In this document: positions 1 through 12,878 of the stretch, piece after piece
How positions within the stretch are numbered: position 1 is the stretch's first letter
Layout: each line of letters opens with the position of its first letter
Assembly (NCBI GenBank): GCA_002245135.1
Contig: NGBS01001181.1
Coordinates: 62,001-115,507 of the forward strand
DNA: 53,507 nt
DNA from: Proteromonas lacertae
Lineage: Eukaryota
Direction: 5' to 3'
The notes under the pieces: model-generated
Told to the model about the DNA's origin: nothing
Databases searched by the model: none
The model's input: the letters and a program-made list of their open reading frames with translations, nothing else
Translations under genes and position numbers: made by a program

Positions 1-1353
1 TTAGTATATCTATTAGCAGTCTTAGTTTCAATGTAATTCTGTTGTCGAATATCTGTTAAAAACATTCCACAATATTTGATTTTATATTTATCTGGCAGTT
101 TTGTTATTCTTGTGATTTTCACGTTACTACTTACATTTATATGATTTTGCAACATCCTTTCTTTAACTGCTTTCAATTCTTGTGCTTTCTGAGCATTATA
201 TTGTTTTAATACTTGATTCTCTACTTTATCCCAATATAAATATAATAATTGTTTTTTAGCTTTTATTATTTCATTGTTATATAGTAATATTCTTTTAACT
301 TTCATGCATTGATGTAAATAAATTTTCATTGATAAAAAGAGTTTTCTATATACTTTTCTTTGTTTTAAAAATTCACATAAATGTGTTGAAGCTATATTAA
401 TATCTTCAATACAAGTTGATAATCTTCTTCTTCTTCTAATTTGAGGCATTAATACTTCCCAAATCACTTGTCTTACATGATAAAATAATTTTGAATGTTT
501 TGATAATGAATTATAATATGGAATATAAATAGTTTTTAAATATTTAAGTTTGTTAATAATCTGAATAACGATAAATAATGTATGTATTTTCCTTTTATTA
601 TTCAATTTCCTTAGTTTTTGTTCTTTTAATTTCCTTCTTATTTCCCATCTATTCATTGATTCAATATATTTCTTCTTCTTCTCTTCTAATATAATTTCAC
701 TTCTTTCCTTTGCAGTTTCTATTCTTTGTTTTTCATGTAATGAATTTTCAAACACTCTATTTCTTCTATTTATTGGACTAAAATAATTTGATTGGATCTT
801 CTCCAAATGTTGATCTATTCTTGAATGTCTTCTCTCTTTCATTTCATTTTCTATGTGTTTTAATAGTTTTTCTTCCTCTTTTTCATCTTCCCTTACATTA
901 TTTAGTTTTTGATATATTTCTAATCGAGGTGAAATACATGGTATTTTATCTAATTTCACTGGAATTTCTTTTACTGATTTTCTAGATTTCATTATTTGCG
1001 AAAAAGTTTTCGGTGTTGCTAATCTTTTCCAAACACCAGCCTCTAATGTAACTTGTTTAGTTTGGCGGATTGGAGATAAGAAGTTAACTTCTTGATTTTG
1101 TATAGGTATAACTCTCGCAGTTTGAGGTGTATTATCTAATTTTTCTGAAACATTCTTCAATGTTCTTAAACTACTCCAGTTTCTACCATTTCCTTTTGAA
1201 TCAGGATCCTATATATATATAAATTAGATAAAATACTTTAGTAGTCCATTTTGGTAATAATTCTTTATTATATACAGGAACAGCTGTTTGTAGAAGATTT
1301 AAACCTCTCAACTTGCTTTTTCTAGGCTGAATTTCTGGTAATTTCTGTAGCAT
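1..1353 (-). CDS. Hypothetical basic/coiled-coil protein, 3'-truncated by the window edge
   Basis: ATG at 1353 (MLQKLPEIQPRKSK...WTTK) and a 28-nt GT-AG intron at 1209-1236. The frame (DPDSKGNGRNW...RRRRLSTCIED...) has no stop in the part I translated. It is probably absent from the ORF track because it runs off the window. Confidence 0.75.
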
Positions 1354-1521
1354 AATTAATTGTCTTTACTACATAAATAAATATATAAAAAATTGTTGTA
1401 TTTGGTGAGATATTCAAAAAAGAAAAACTGTTATTTTGGAATAATTTTTATACACCCACAAAAATCCCCATAAAATTTAAAAACATGAATAAATAAATAA
1501 TGAAATTAATTAAAGAGTAAA

Positions 1522-3319
1522 TTATGAGGGGATTACTATCGGATCAGGTTTTATTTCTTCCCCATCTTCGTTATACAACTTTCTTTCACTATCTGGATTA
1601 TCATCAAAATTATCTTCATACTGTCCAATCCATTCATCATCCAAGCCACTAAACTCAACTCCACCAGGTTTTAAAGTAAATAAAGCAGACTCTTTCTTAC
1701 TTTCATTAGATGACGTTTTAGAAAGTCTTTTATACTTTTTACTTGATTTTTTAGTATTATTTGTATCAGCAGAAGAACTATTATTCGGTATAAGAGATGG
1801 TTGTGAAGAAGTAGATTGTTTAGAACCTGTTGGGATGGAAGGATATGATGCTGAGTTTAAAGATAATATTTGTTGAATAATACTGTTATTATACAACACA
1901 GGATCTTGTTCTAACACATTAGAATCGATTGTATTAATAGACAATGGAGCTCCACTTGATTTAGGAGTATTTGACTTTTTATTTCTTGTATTTACATGTC
2001 TAGCTCTTACTAAATCTCTATTCAATGCCAATTTAGTTGCTTCTTCTAATTTCATTGTGTGTAAAGCGAATTTCTATTTAAATAATAATATAAATAATAA
2101 TTCAATATATATATATATATACTGATTTGATCTTATCTTCTCGAGCTTTCTGCTTGATTTTATTCACTACTTCCATTTTCCTTTTTCTTCCATTTGCTAG
2201 TGATATTAATTCATTCTGTTTATGTTTATGTGCTAATATATGAGTATCTATATAATGTTCTTTTTCAACAATTTGTATTTCTATTATTATTAATATATAT
2301 ATATACTTCTAAGAAAAGCATTCTTTTGTAAATGATGAATGTCACTACTAAATGCTATATTCTTTTCTCTCATTTCTTTTCTTCTTCTTTCATTCTCTTT
2401 CTCTATTCTCCTTCTTTCATATACTTCCAATAGTTTATCATCAATCTCTTTATTCTCAGAGTATAATTTTGAGTCAATTATATCTTTTTGTAGAGGAACA
2501 TAAGTTAATCGATCTACTGGTTTTAGACAATGTTTTATATCTGTTTTTCTATTTGACATGTAACTTCTTAATGATTTAGTTATTGCATCATCTTTCTTTT
2601 GATCTATTCCACGATATATTGCTGTACTTGTCATTGTATTCATTCTACTTTCACTCTTTGAACCTGACAATAATGATGTTACTTTTACTTTTGTTGGTGG
2701 TTTTTCAATGATTGGTAAAGATGGATTTGCAGCTAAGGAAAACTCCTGAGAAACAGTAGGAGGAGATGCTTCACTATTATCTAGTTCAGGAAATGGAACT
2801 AATGAATTCTGTGGTTCTAATATATCAGGAGAAGGAATAAAGTCTAAATTAACTCGATCTTCAAATTGTAATATGATAGAACAAACATCTCCATAACAGA
2901 ATTCACTTGCTGTCATTAAATTATGTGTCCTGAGATGTTCATATAATTCATCTTCATCGACAGTCATTCCCAATCCTTTCAAAAGTCTCAATAAATTCTT
3001 ATAAGTCAATTTCTTTGTATTAGGCCTATTTAAAATAACAGATTTAAATCATACGACATGTATCTAATATATAAAACTCTACACTTTTCATTAATTTCTG
3101 GTGGTATATCTATTTTTGGCAAATCAAACATTTGTGGCATTTTCTTTTGTTCTTCTGGCTTAGAATATTTTGCTGGGTATAAAAAGTCTTGCCAACGCCT
3201 ATGATTGTGACATCTCATCAATCCCGATGTTTGAAGATCAATTTCATCTGTAAAATAAAGTGAATAACTAAATAAATACTCTCCCATAGCTCACTAACCG
3301 ATATATCGCGAGTTGTCAT
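1522..3319 (-). CDS. Hypothetical protein with possible degenerate EF-hand-like segment and low-complexity S/K/D-rich C-terminus
   Basis: ATG at 3319 (MTTRDISVSELWE). GT-AG introns at about 3248-3279, 3026-3054, 2281-2306 and 2074-2122 join ORFs 3030-3287, 2290-3009 and 1522-2055. YIRYMSPNTKKLTYKNLLRLLKGLGMTVDEDEL resembles an EF-hand helix-loop-helix (weak). Confidence 0.7.
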
Positions 3320-3395
3320 CAAAACAGAAAATTGTTTCAAAATTATATTCGTTTTATAACTACACTTTTTTAAAATTCAAAATAAAACAATATAG

Positions 3396-4488
3396 ATGGT
3401 ATGTAATATACTATTTAATAGTTGCAATAGTCTAAGAAACCAATTGTGATCAATACAAACGAATTTCCAGAGTTTATTCAAAATACACTTGATGAAAAAT
3501 ATAAAGTATGATGATATTTCATAAAATGTGAAATAGATAATATTAGTGAGAGATGTTTTAAATAATAAGGTGGATAATGATGAATATAAACAAGCAAAAG
3601 TATTGATTGTTAATGAATATGGTAATTTACCAATGCCATTGAATGACGAATTCTTTTCGTTGTTTCCAAATATAAAAGTGTTAGTCACATACTCAATTGG
3701 CTATGATTATTTAGATTTATCCTATTTACATAGTAAAGGAATAACAGTAGGAAGAGCGTTTGATACAGAAGATACAGTAGCAGATCATACAATAGCATTG
3801 TTATTGGCAGGAGCCAGATTATTATTAGAGGGAGATAAAGAAGTAAGAAATCCAGAGACTAAATATTTCAATATAATGGAGTATGTTTATAATACAATGG
3901 AAGTCCATAATAAAACAGTTGGTTTGGTTGGATTTGGAGCTATTGGACAGAAAATTGCTAAGCGTTGTTATTGTGGATTTGATATGAATGTATTGTATTA
4001 TTGTAGACATAGAAGAAGCGAAGAAATAGAAAAATTATATAACTGCAGATATTGTGAAAAATTGGATGATTTATTAAAAGAAAGTGATTATGTAATATTG
4101 ATATGTATAACATATATAAATGCATTGTTGTATATTATAATTGTAAATAGTACCATCTAACAAAGAATCTTATCACATAATAGGTGAAAGAGAATTGAAT
4201 ATAATGAAGAAGAGTTCAATGTTAATAAATGTAGCTCGAGGAGCAGTTCTTGATCAAACTGCATTATATAATGCTTTAAAATCTAAAAGAATTCAATATG
4301 CAGCTTTGGATGTATTTGATCCAGAACCATTACCATCTGATCATCCACTAAAAACACTTGATAATATAGTATTCTCTCCTCACACAGGCGGTTCAGGGAA
4401 AGAAGCTTACATTCGTCAAGTTCAATCAATGATGTCAAACATTGATAGTTATTTAGAGTCAGGTGTAGTTGCAAAAGAAGCTAAATAG
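3396..4488 (+). CDS. D-isomer-specific 2-hydroxyacid dehydrogenase (glyoxylate/hydroxypyruvate reductase-like), copy 1
   Basis: Rossmann motif VGLVGFGAIG plus INVARG, ALDVFDPEPLP and SPHTGG (catalytic R/E/H). The first coding exon is ATG only (3396-3398), followed by short GT-AG introns; stop TAG at 4486-4488. Confidence 0.92.
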
Positions 4489-5496
4489 TTTTTTTGTTTT
4501 TAACATCCAAGCTTAGGTTTGTGTCTTTTCATTCTTTTTCATTTTTTTTCTTTCTTTGTCAATGGTATTTTAGTATTTTTTAAATTAAATAGTCAAATAA
4601 ACCATATATACTTGCTACTCATGAACCTTTTGAAATTATGAGAAGTGTATTTGAAGAAAAATACAATGTATCTTTAATACAAACATATTTTAGATGATAT
4701 ATGTATCAGATGTGTCTAATGGCAAAGTTGATAAACAGATAATTGAAATAATAAAAGTTTTACTCATTATGTCTATTAAAAACTGTCCAAAACTTGATGA
4801 TGTTTTTTTTAAATCATTTCCAAGTATAAAATGTGTTGTGGCTATTATGATTGGATATGATTGTATTGATGTTGAGTATAAAATATCAAATTGTTATTGT
4901 TATAGTGATCTTCATAAAAGGGGTATAGTTGTAGGAAGAGGTTTTGGAACATACAACACTGTAGCTGATCATACAATGGCAATGCTTCTTGCATCAGCTA
5001 GAATGATAATTCAAGGTGATAAAGAATGTCATACAACTACTCAACCAAAATATGATTGGATGAGATATGTAAATAACGCAATGCAAGTATCAGGTTCAAC
5101 AGTTGGATTGGTTGGATTTGGTGAAATAGGACAAGCTATTGCCAAGAGATGTAATGGCTTTGATATGAATGTATTGTATTATTGTAGACATAGAAGAAGT
5201 GAAGAAATAGAAAAATTATATAACTGCAAATATTGTGAAAAATTGGATGATTTATTAAAAGAAAGTGATTATGTAATATTGATATGTATAACATATATAA
5301 ATGCATTGTTGTATATTATAATTGTAAATAGTACCATCTAACAAAGAATCTTATCACATAATAGGTGAAAGAGAATTGAATATAATGAAGAAGAGTTCAA
5401 TGTTAATAAATGTAGCTCGAGGAGCAGTTCTTGATCAAACTGCATTATATAATGCTTTAAAATCTAAAAGAATTCAATATGCAGCTTTGGATGTAT
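3978..5496 (+). repeat. 338-bp near-identical direct repeat (3978-4315 vs 5159-5496) inside the two dehydrogenase genes
   Basis: Direct comparison shows about 2 substitutions across 338 bp, including an identical intron; the flanks are strongly diverged. Confidence 0.9.
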
Positions 5497-5669
5497 ATGA
5501 AAAGGAACCTTTGCCTTTAGATGATCCACTTTTAGCATTAGATAATGTTTTAACCTCACCACATAATGGTGGTTCCAGCAAAGACGCGTTTTTAGTATTA
5601 GCAAATAATGCTGTAAGAAATATTGACTCATATTTAGAAAGTGGAATTGTTGTTAAAGAGGCTGAATAG
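4562..5669 (+). CDS. D-isomer-specific 2-hydroxyacid dehydrogenase, copy 2 (tandem paralogue)
   Basis: ATG|intron|SNKPYILATHEPF..., then VGLVGFGEIG, INVARG, ALDVYEKEPLP and SPHNGG. Shares intron positions with copy 1, plus an extra 30-nt intron near 4876. Confidence 0.92.
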
Positions 5670-5793
5670 GATTGATTAATTATAACATGTGCTTGATTAT
5701 AATAATTGTTAGGGTATATATAAAGAACAAATAAAAATTTACACAACAGCTCAAGCCAAGTTTTTCAAATTCTTACTTTTGTGTGTTTATAAG

Positions 5794-7765
5794 ATGAATG
5801 ATATATTTGCATGTGGTATTGACTTAGGTACAATCAATTGCAGAATTGCATCTTTTAAAAATGGAGAGCCAGTTGTTCAGCAGTATAGTAGAGAATGTAA
5901 AGCATTTCAATCTTTAGTGTGTTTTAAATCTAATGAAGAAGTATTTGTAGGAGCTAGAGCGAGGAATATTATGTTTAAACATTTATATACATCGATCTAC
6001 GATATAAAGCGATTGATAGGTAAAAGGATAGATGATCCAGGAGTTCAAGAAGATAAAAATCATCTTCCATTTAAAATTAGTGGAAATGAAGATGAAAATG
6101 TTATTATTCATATTACCATAAATGGTAAAACAATTAAATACTCACCTGAGAAATTATCTTCATTAGTATTGAAATATGTGAGTGAAAAAGTTGGTAGTTA
6201 CAGTCAACTAAACGAAGAACAGATAATACATGCTGTGATAGCTGTTCCTGCTTGTTTTACAGATAGTCAAAGAAGAGCAACAATAGAAGCAGCAAGATTA
6301 GCTGGTATAAATGTATTAAGATTAATAAATGAACCAACTGCAGCTGCTATTACATATGCATATAAAAGTGTAAGAGATAAAAACGGAAAGAATAATATAA
6401 GAAAGAATATAATGGTCTATGATTTTGGAGGTGGTACTTTTGATGTATCCATTATCTCAATAGTTAATAATGTTATAACAGTAAAAGCAACAGGAGGAGA
6501 TAGTCATTTAGGAGGTGAAGATATTACTAATAATTTAGTAAAATACTTACTTAACGTGATACAAGATGAAAGTGGAGTTGATCTTTCAAATAATAATAAA
6601 ATAAAATATAGACTAAAAACAGCATGTGAAGAAGGAAAAGAGATATTGAGTGAAATGACTGAAACAGATATAGTATGTGGTTTAGTAAAAGGTGAAGAAT
6701 TATTTTATACAGTTAAGCGATCTGAATTAGTAGAAATTAATGTAGATATATTCAATAAAACTATGAGAATTGTAAAAGACACAATAAAGAATGCATATTT
6801 GTCAAAAGAGTTAATTGATGAAATTGTGTTAGTGGGAGGAAGTTCCAGAATACCTGAAGTAGAAAGACTATTAGAAAGTGAATTTCCTGGAATAGTAATT
6901 AATAAAGGAATAAATTCAGATGAAGCAGTTTCAATTGGCGCATCAATATTAGCAGATGATATTTGTAGAAGAGTTAAAGAGAAGTGTTTTGACAATGGTT
7001 CGCTTTCATTAGTTGATGAAAATAATAATTTGATAAGTGTTATTAATGATATTCCTCCTCCTCCTCCTTCAACAGATAGTCCATATTTTTTACCTAGTTC
7101 ACAGACTAAAAGTCCAGATAAATCATCTCCTCTTTCTAACACTGCTATTAATGGAGAAATACATAAACCAGATAAAAATCCTAAAAATCCACCGTCATCT
7201 CCAACAAATCCAACAAATCCATCTCCAGACAATCCATATCCAGACAATCCACAACCAATAGTAATGAATAGCAGTTTAATAACATCTAAATCAATTGAAT
7301 CTATATCAGTTATTCATCCTAATATAAGGTACAGTATGTATGAGAAGGATGAAAAATCATATAATTTTGTAGTAAATGATGTTCTAACACATAATATAGG
7401 TATTATAACACTGAATGAAGAAGGTAATGATATTAATGATATTGTAATTCCAAAACATACTATAATACCTTATGAATTAATATCAGGTAGTTATTCAACT
7501 GTAGAAGATGATCAAACTGAAATTAGTTTTAGTTATTGTGAATGTGATAGTGATGATGTAAATGACTGTATAAGAATAAAAACAATATACATTAAAGATA
7601 TTCCAAAGATGAAACGAGGAGAGATGAAATTTATTCATCGAATTAATATAGATAGGAATGGATTAATAACTATAACTATAACTATAAAAAGTAGAAATGA
7701 TGTTAATCAAAATTTAGTTACAACTATGTAAATTATTATTTATCTCTTTTAATTATAGTATTTAG
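5794..7765 (+). CDS. Atypical HSP70-family protein (NBD + Pro/Ser-rich insertion + SBD-beta, lid missing)
   Basis: Motifs GIDLGT, LRLINEPTAAA, VYDFGGGTFDVSII, GGDSHLGGED, IVLVGGSSRIP and NSDEAVSIGA; linker FVVNDVLTHNIGI and SBD-like YSTVEDDQTEI. The 3' end depends on splicing of a donor at 7728. Confidence 0.85.
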
Positions 7766-8119
7766 TTTAGTTTAGTTATGTTAATTTTTCCAAATAACAA
7801 CAATTAAAAGGTCATTCATTAGCCACATCAGAGGAAATAGCAAAATTAGTTCAAGATACTCTAAATATTCTTGATGAAGAGATAAATGATATATTAACAC
7901 TAATTACCACAAATAATATATCATCCTTCTACATATAAGTATTTTGAAAATTATCTTAAGTAAAAAGTAAAAAAAAGTAAAAATTTCATTATTATATATC
8001 AATTAGATTTCACTTCTACTAAATTTTATCAACCCAGTTTTTATCCAACATGTACATCATATCATTAGTTATTTTTCGTGTTGGATAAAGAAGTTAAGAA
8101 ACCGAAATAAGTCGTGACT

Positions 8120-8410
8120 GATAATTTTGTAGAAGTTGTTAATAGTTTAACACTTTGTGCTGATAAATATTTAGAATTTAGTGATAAGGTGAATATTTTT
8201 TAGTTTCCTCTAAGAATAATTTATATGCGACAAAACACCATACATTTTCATCATCAATAACAATGATTCTTCAAAATTTGTTTTGAATTTATAAAAAAGG
8301 TTATAAAAGAATGGGTATTACAAAATAGTTGATGAAAAGAAATTATTTAATGTTGCTGACGTAATTAATAATACAATATGTATTCCATTTGAGGAATTAC
8401 ACAAAATATG
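8120..8410 (+). pseudogene. Decayed fragment of a paralogue of the adjacent P-loop NTPase gene
   Basis: 8120-8230 aligns with 10191-10304 (DNFVEVVNSL.LC..DK.L.FSD.VNIF.FP.R.IYMR), with CAG->TAG at 8201-8203. The downstream sequence is coding-like but broken. Confidence 0.75.
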
Positions 8411-8759
8411 AATAATCATCTTCTACACTTTCATGGATCTTCCATAATAATACATCTTATTCTGAGTTATAAAAAACACGACCTTTCCATGTTTATTCTA
8501 TATTTTCACACATACAATTATCTAAACTACTTAAGTATACTTCTGTTATTCTATGAATATTTCTAGATGTGAATTTAGTGAAAGGTGTCTGTGTCTTGTA
8601 ATACACTATAAAAATGAAATTTAAATTTAAATTACATAATTCATTGGTTATTTGTTGGATCGATTTGATTGGTTTTTTATTCAAATTTATTATTCTTCAT
8701 AACTCAGTTATTAGTCAAAATTCGGTATTTATTATTATTGATTCTTGTTAATTAGTTAA

Positions 8760-11700
8760 ATGAGCTCTGTTTTAAGCTGTTTACAGAATAATGGGATTTT
8801 TGGAGATATTCCGAGGTTCTTAGAAAAAATTAAAGATGAGTATTGTACAATGGAAGTGGAAGTGAATGGTAAAGTTGATAAGCTTGGCATTGGTTATAGT
8901 TTGTCTAAAAAGGATGTAAATGGTAAGATTGTATTATTAACCAAAACAGCATTACCGATAAATGAGCCTAACATAGAAGTTGTAGTTCAAGAAGAAATTC
9001 CAAAGAACATACATGTGGTATTCAATTTAAACAATATTACAAAGACAATGTTTATTTTACATGGAGTTACTTTGACAAAATTCGAATTAAATGACATTTC
9101 TGATAAACCTATATACCTAACAATAGTTTGTTTTAACGAAAAAGATGACATTGAAGCTGTAAGAGTGACTAAGATTATGACAGAGTTTGAGAGTTGTTCA
9201 CAGAAGAGAAGAGCAACTACCGATGGTGGTGTAAATAAAAGAACAAAAACAAAAGACACAAGGATAGAAACAATGGAAATAGAAGAAAATGATAAGGTTG
9301 AAAAAGAAGCATCAACACCGATGAAAGAAGAGACAAAAGCAATAAGGATAGAGAGGTTTAGAGCAGAATTTTCAATTGACAAAAAGAACATTCAATATGT
9401 TAGGATGAGTATAAAGGAAATGAATGATGAGCTATATAATACTAAATCTAATGGTGATAATATTAAGTATGTGGTATGTAATAAACTATTTAAAGATGAA
9501 GATAATGATGGTGATTATAATTATATATTAAATGAAAGAATGGAGAGTGGTGTATATCATTTCTTTTATAAGATAATTAATGTTGATGTTGGAGTATGTT
9601 TTGGTTGTTGTAGAAGTAATGATGCAATTGCAGTTGATGATCTAATAGCATTTCTAAAACCTGACTCATCATTGTTACTTGGTAATGATGAAATGATTTG
9701 TAAAAATGAAGAATTTGGAACTGTTTTAGCAGTAAAAGGAGTAATATATGAAGTAATATATGATATGGATGAGAAAGTAATAAAGATAAAACAAGGAGAT
9801 GGTGAAGAAATATTACTTTTCCAACATATACCAAAACCAATTTATCCATTTATAAACATTGGTAATGAAAAAGGTATTGTGGAATTAATCGAATATTACA
9901 AAGAAAGTGAAAAGAATCAGTTACATAACACTTTAGCTTATAAAATAACAAGATTAAATAAAAATTATAAAGAAAGTATACAAACAATTCGTGATTTATA
10001 TACTTATGAAAAGGATTATATAATTAAAGTTTTAACAAATAAAGAATATGACATTAATGAAATAAAAACAGATATAAAAACTAAATTTAAATTAGATAAA
10101 GAACGAACTGATTATATTGATAAAAATGATGATGAGAATAAAATAATAACATTATTAAAGAATTTAGATATGAATAAGAAATTAACTGAGGATAATTTTG
10201 TAGAAGTTGTTAATAGTTTGAGTTTATGTGATGATGATAAATGTTTAAAATTTAGTGATGAAGTGAATATATTTCAGTTTCCTCAAAGAAAAATATATAT
10301 GCGAAAGTGTTATGAAGAGATGTTTAAAGATATTTGTAAAAGTATGTGGTTACATGACTATGTAGTGATAACTGGTCAACCTGGTATAGGTAAAACATCA
10401 TTTATCTATGTTCTATTGTATTTCATAAAGAATTTAGCAATAGATTTTGATGAAGAAGAAGAAAATTATTTATATAAAAAAGAATTGTTGAATGAGATTA
10501 GTATTGTGGAAAAGCTTAAAGATGAATTTAAAGCTAAAAAGGAAAAGAATGAAGACATAAATGAAGATATAAAGAAGATGGAGAAATCTTTAGAAATGAT
10601 GAAAAAAGAAATTAGCAAAATAGAAATTGACAAATGTGAAAATTGTGATTATAAAGTATCAAGTTTAAAAGGATTTAATTATTACTTTTTAAATGAATGG
10701 AGAAGAAAAGATAAACAATTAAAAGATATCTACATAGTGAAGGGTAAAAGAAATGGAAATCCAGAGGAGAAGAAAGTATATTTGTTCAAAAATCATAAAA
10801 TTACCAAAGTTAAAATTCTACCAAGTCATATAAAAGACTCTATTATAATAGTTGATACTTTTAAATGTGAATTTGGAGATGGAAATAAAATAATCTCAAT
10901 AAGTTCTCCAACTAATGATAATTATAGCAAATATACAAAAGATGAAATTGAATATAAAGAATTATACTGTGATACATTAGATGATAGAGAAATTAAAGAA
11001 TGGTTTAAGTATTGTATTGGTTTTAATGTTGATGTTAATGGTGATGAATTTAAAGAGATATGTGAAAAATATGGTAATATTCCAAGACTGATTTACTATC
11101 ACTATTTATATGCAGAGAATTATGAGAATAGAAATTATTGGGAATATTACACAGAATTAATCAAAGGTGTAGTTGGTTCTATAAGATATAATGATTTTTT
11201 GAAGTATTATATGAATAAAGAAAATTTGCCAGAAAAAGAATTGTCCAATATAATATTAAAATATGATTTAGAAGAAAAGTATGATGAATATTTAGATCAT
11301 AAAATATTAACTCCAAAAGAACAATTAAAATTTGTTTCAGATTCTGTAGAAAAATATATAATTTATAAATACTATCCAATTAAAGATAAAACAGAATATG
11401 ATGAAATCACAAAATACTATGATAAACTTAAGGATGATGATAAAAACATGAAACGAATAGTTATGAAACAGATAATAGCATATGAATTAAGTATTGAAAA
11501 GATTAAATTAGAGTTGAAATATAAAGATCGTGATGGTAAAGTTATTACAATTAATAGTAATCCTGATTTCAAATTAAAATTTGAAAAACAAGTCTCTATT
11601 CAGTATCCAGTTGGTGGATCACATTATGTTTATTATATATTGGATGAAAGTAACTATTTTGATTTGATTATAAATGGAATATTTATAAAAATCTTATTAG

Positions 11701-12832
11701 ATGATGAAGATTTTGTTGAAGAAAAAGAAATAGGAAAAATTGAAGAATCTATTAAAGTATGTATATATGTATTATATTTATAATAAAATAGGATTACAGT
11801 GAAAAGAAAGAGGGATGTTTTTATTATGCTACATTAAATAATAGAATATTAAATCCATGTTTTGTTAATTTGTCTAAAGAAGAAACATTATCAACAAAAA
11901 CTAGAGAAACACTATTAACAACATCAAAAGCAAAAGGAGAAGAAACTGGTAGAGATGTGTATGTAAAAGGAAATAAATTCTTATTAATGAGAAAATGTTT
12001 CTATGATATGTTGAATATAATCTGTAAAGATGAAAAATTTGAATATAATAATCAAAGAAACTATTTAATATTTGGTCATTCTAATATCGGAAAATCAGTC
12101 TTAGCACATATAATAAGAGATTATATTCATGAAAAGAATGATAAAATTCGAATAGTTTATAAGAATGATCAAGAATATTATAGAGATTTATATAAAAATG
12201 AAGATGCTAAAGACTATATAGTGATTTATGATGGAGGAGTTGTTGGTGAAGATGAATATGCTGATGCAAAGGCAATAATAGTAATATCCAAACCATCAGA
12301 TAATGATTGTAAAACCTTTCAAAACAAAAGATGTCCTTTGGTGATGTATATACCACCATTTACAAAAGAAGAAATTGATAAAGTAAAAATATTGAAAAAT
12401 CCAGCTCTAACTACAACAAAAGGAAATGGTTTTCATGAAATGAAAGATTTAGAAGACAAATTCAAAATTTTAGAGAAAATACCTGATTTAGATGAAGAAA
12501 GATTAATGAATTTAAAAAAAATATATGAAGCTTATATAAAAAAATATGATGAGAATTTTGAATATTATGGAGGTGTGATAGGAAATTATCAATTTAATGA
12601 GAAAAGTATAGATTGTACAACAGAAAAAATTGATGAGGAAATGATTGATGATATTTTAAAAGGTATTAGTAAATCTTCTTTATCAAAAACAGATTATGAA
12701 AATATACTTATATATGAAACATATGAAGATGATGTTACTAAATCTGGTAATCTTAGATTCATAACTGATACAATCAAAAATTTGGTAATTCGTGAAAAAT
12801 TAAGAATTGAGTTAAACAGAATAATGTATTAA
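8760..12832 (+). CDS. SPRY/B30.2-like domain(s) + two Crinkler/RHS-type P-loop NTPase domains (about 1345 aa)
   Basis: A single 35-nt intron (11757-11791) joins the two ORFs in frame. NTPase 1: IYMRKCYEEM...VVITGQPGIGKT...ISISSP...EKYGNIPRLI. NTPase 2: LLMRKCFYDM...LIFGHSNIGKS...YIPPFTKEEI...EYYGGVI. SPRY-like segment: MESGVYHFFYKI...VCFG...IYDMDEKVI...PIYPFI. Confidence 0.7.
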
Positions 12833-12878
12833 AATCGCACAAATATATAGAAATAATGAAGCAAATATAAAAAGTGGT

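Noticed and set aside
4668..4693. GTATCTTT-starting intron as a GT-AG U12 candidate
   Set aside because: Only 26 nt long, with no branch motif near the 3' end; it fits the ordinary GTAT...TAG class.
8040..8089. 11-bp inverted repeat TTTATCCAACA...TGTTGGATAAA (MITE end or DnaA-box-like)
   Set aside because: Single short occurrence with no target-site duplication or second copy seen; the context is eukaryotic.
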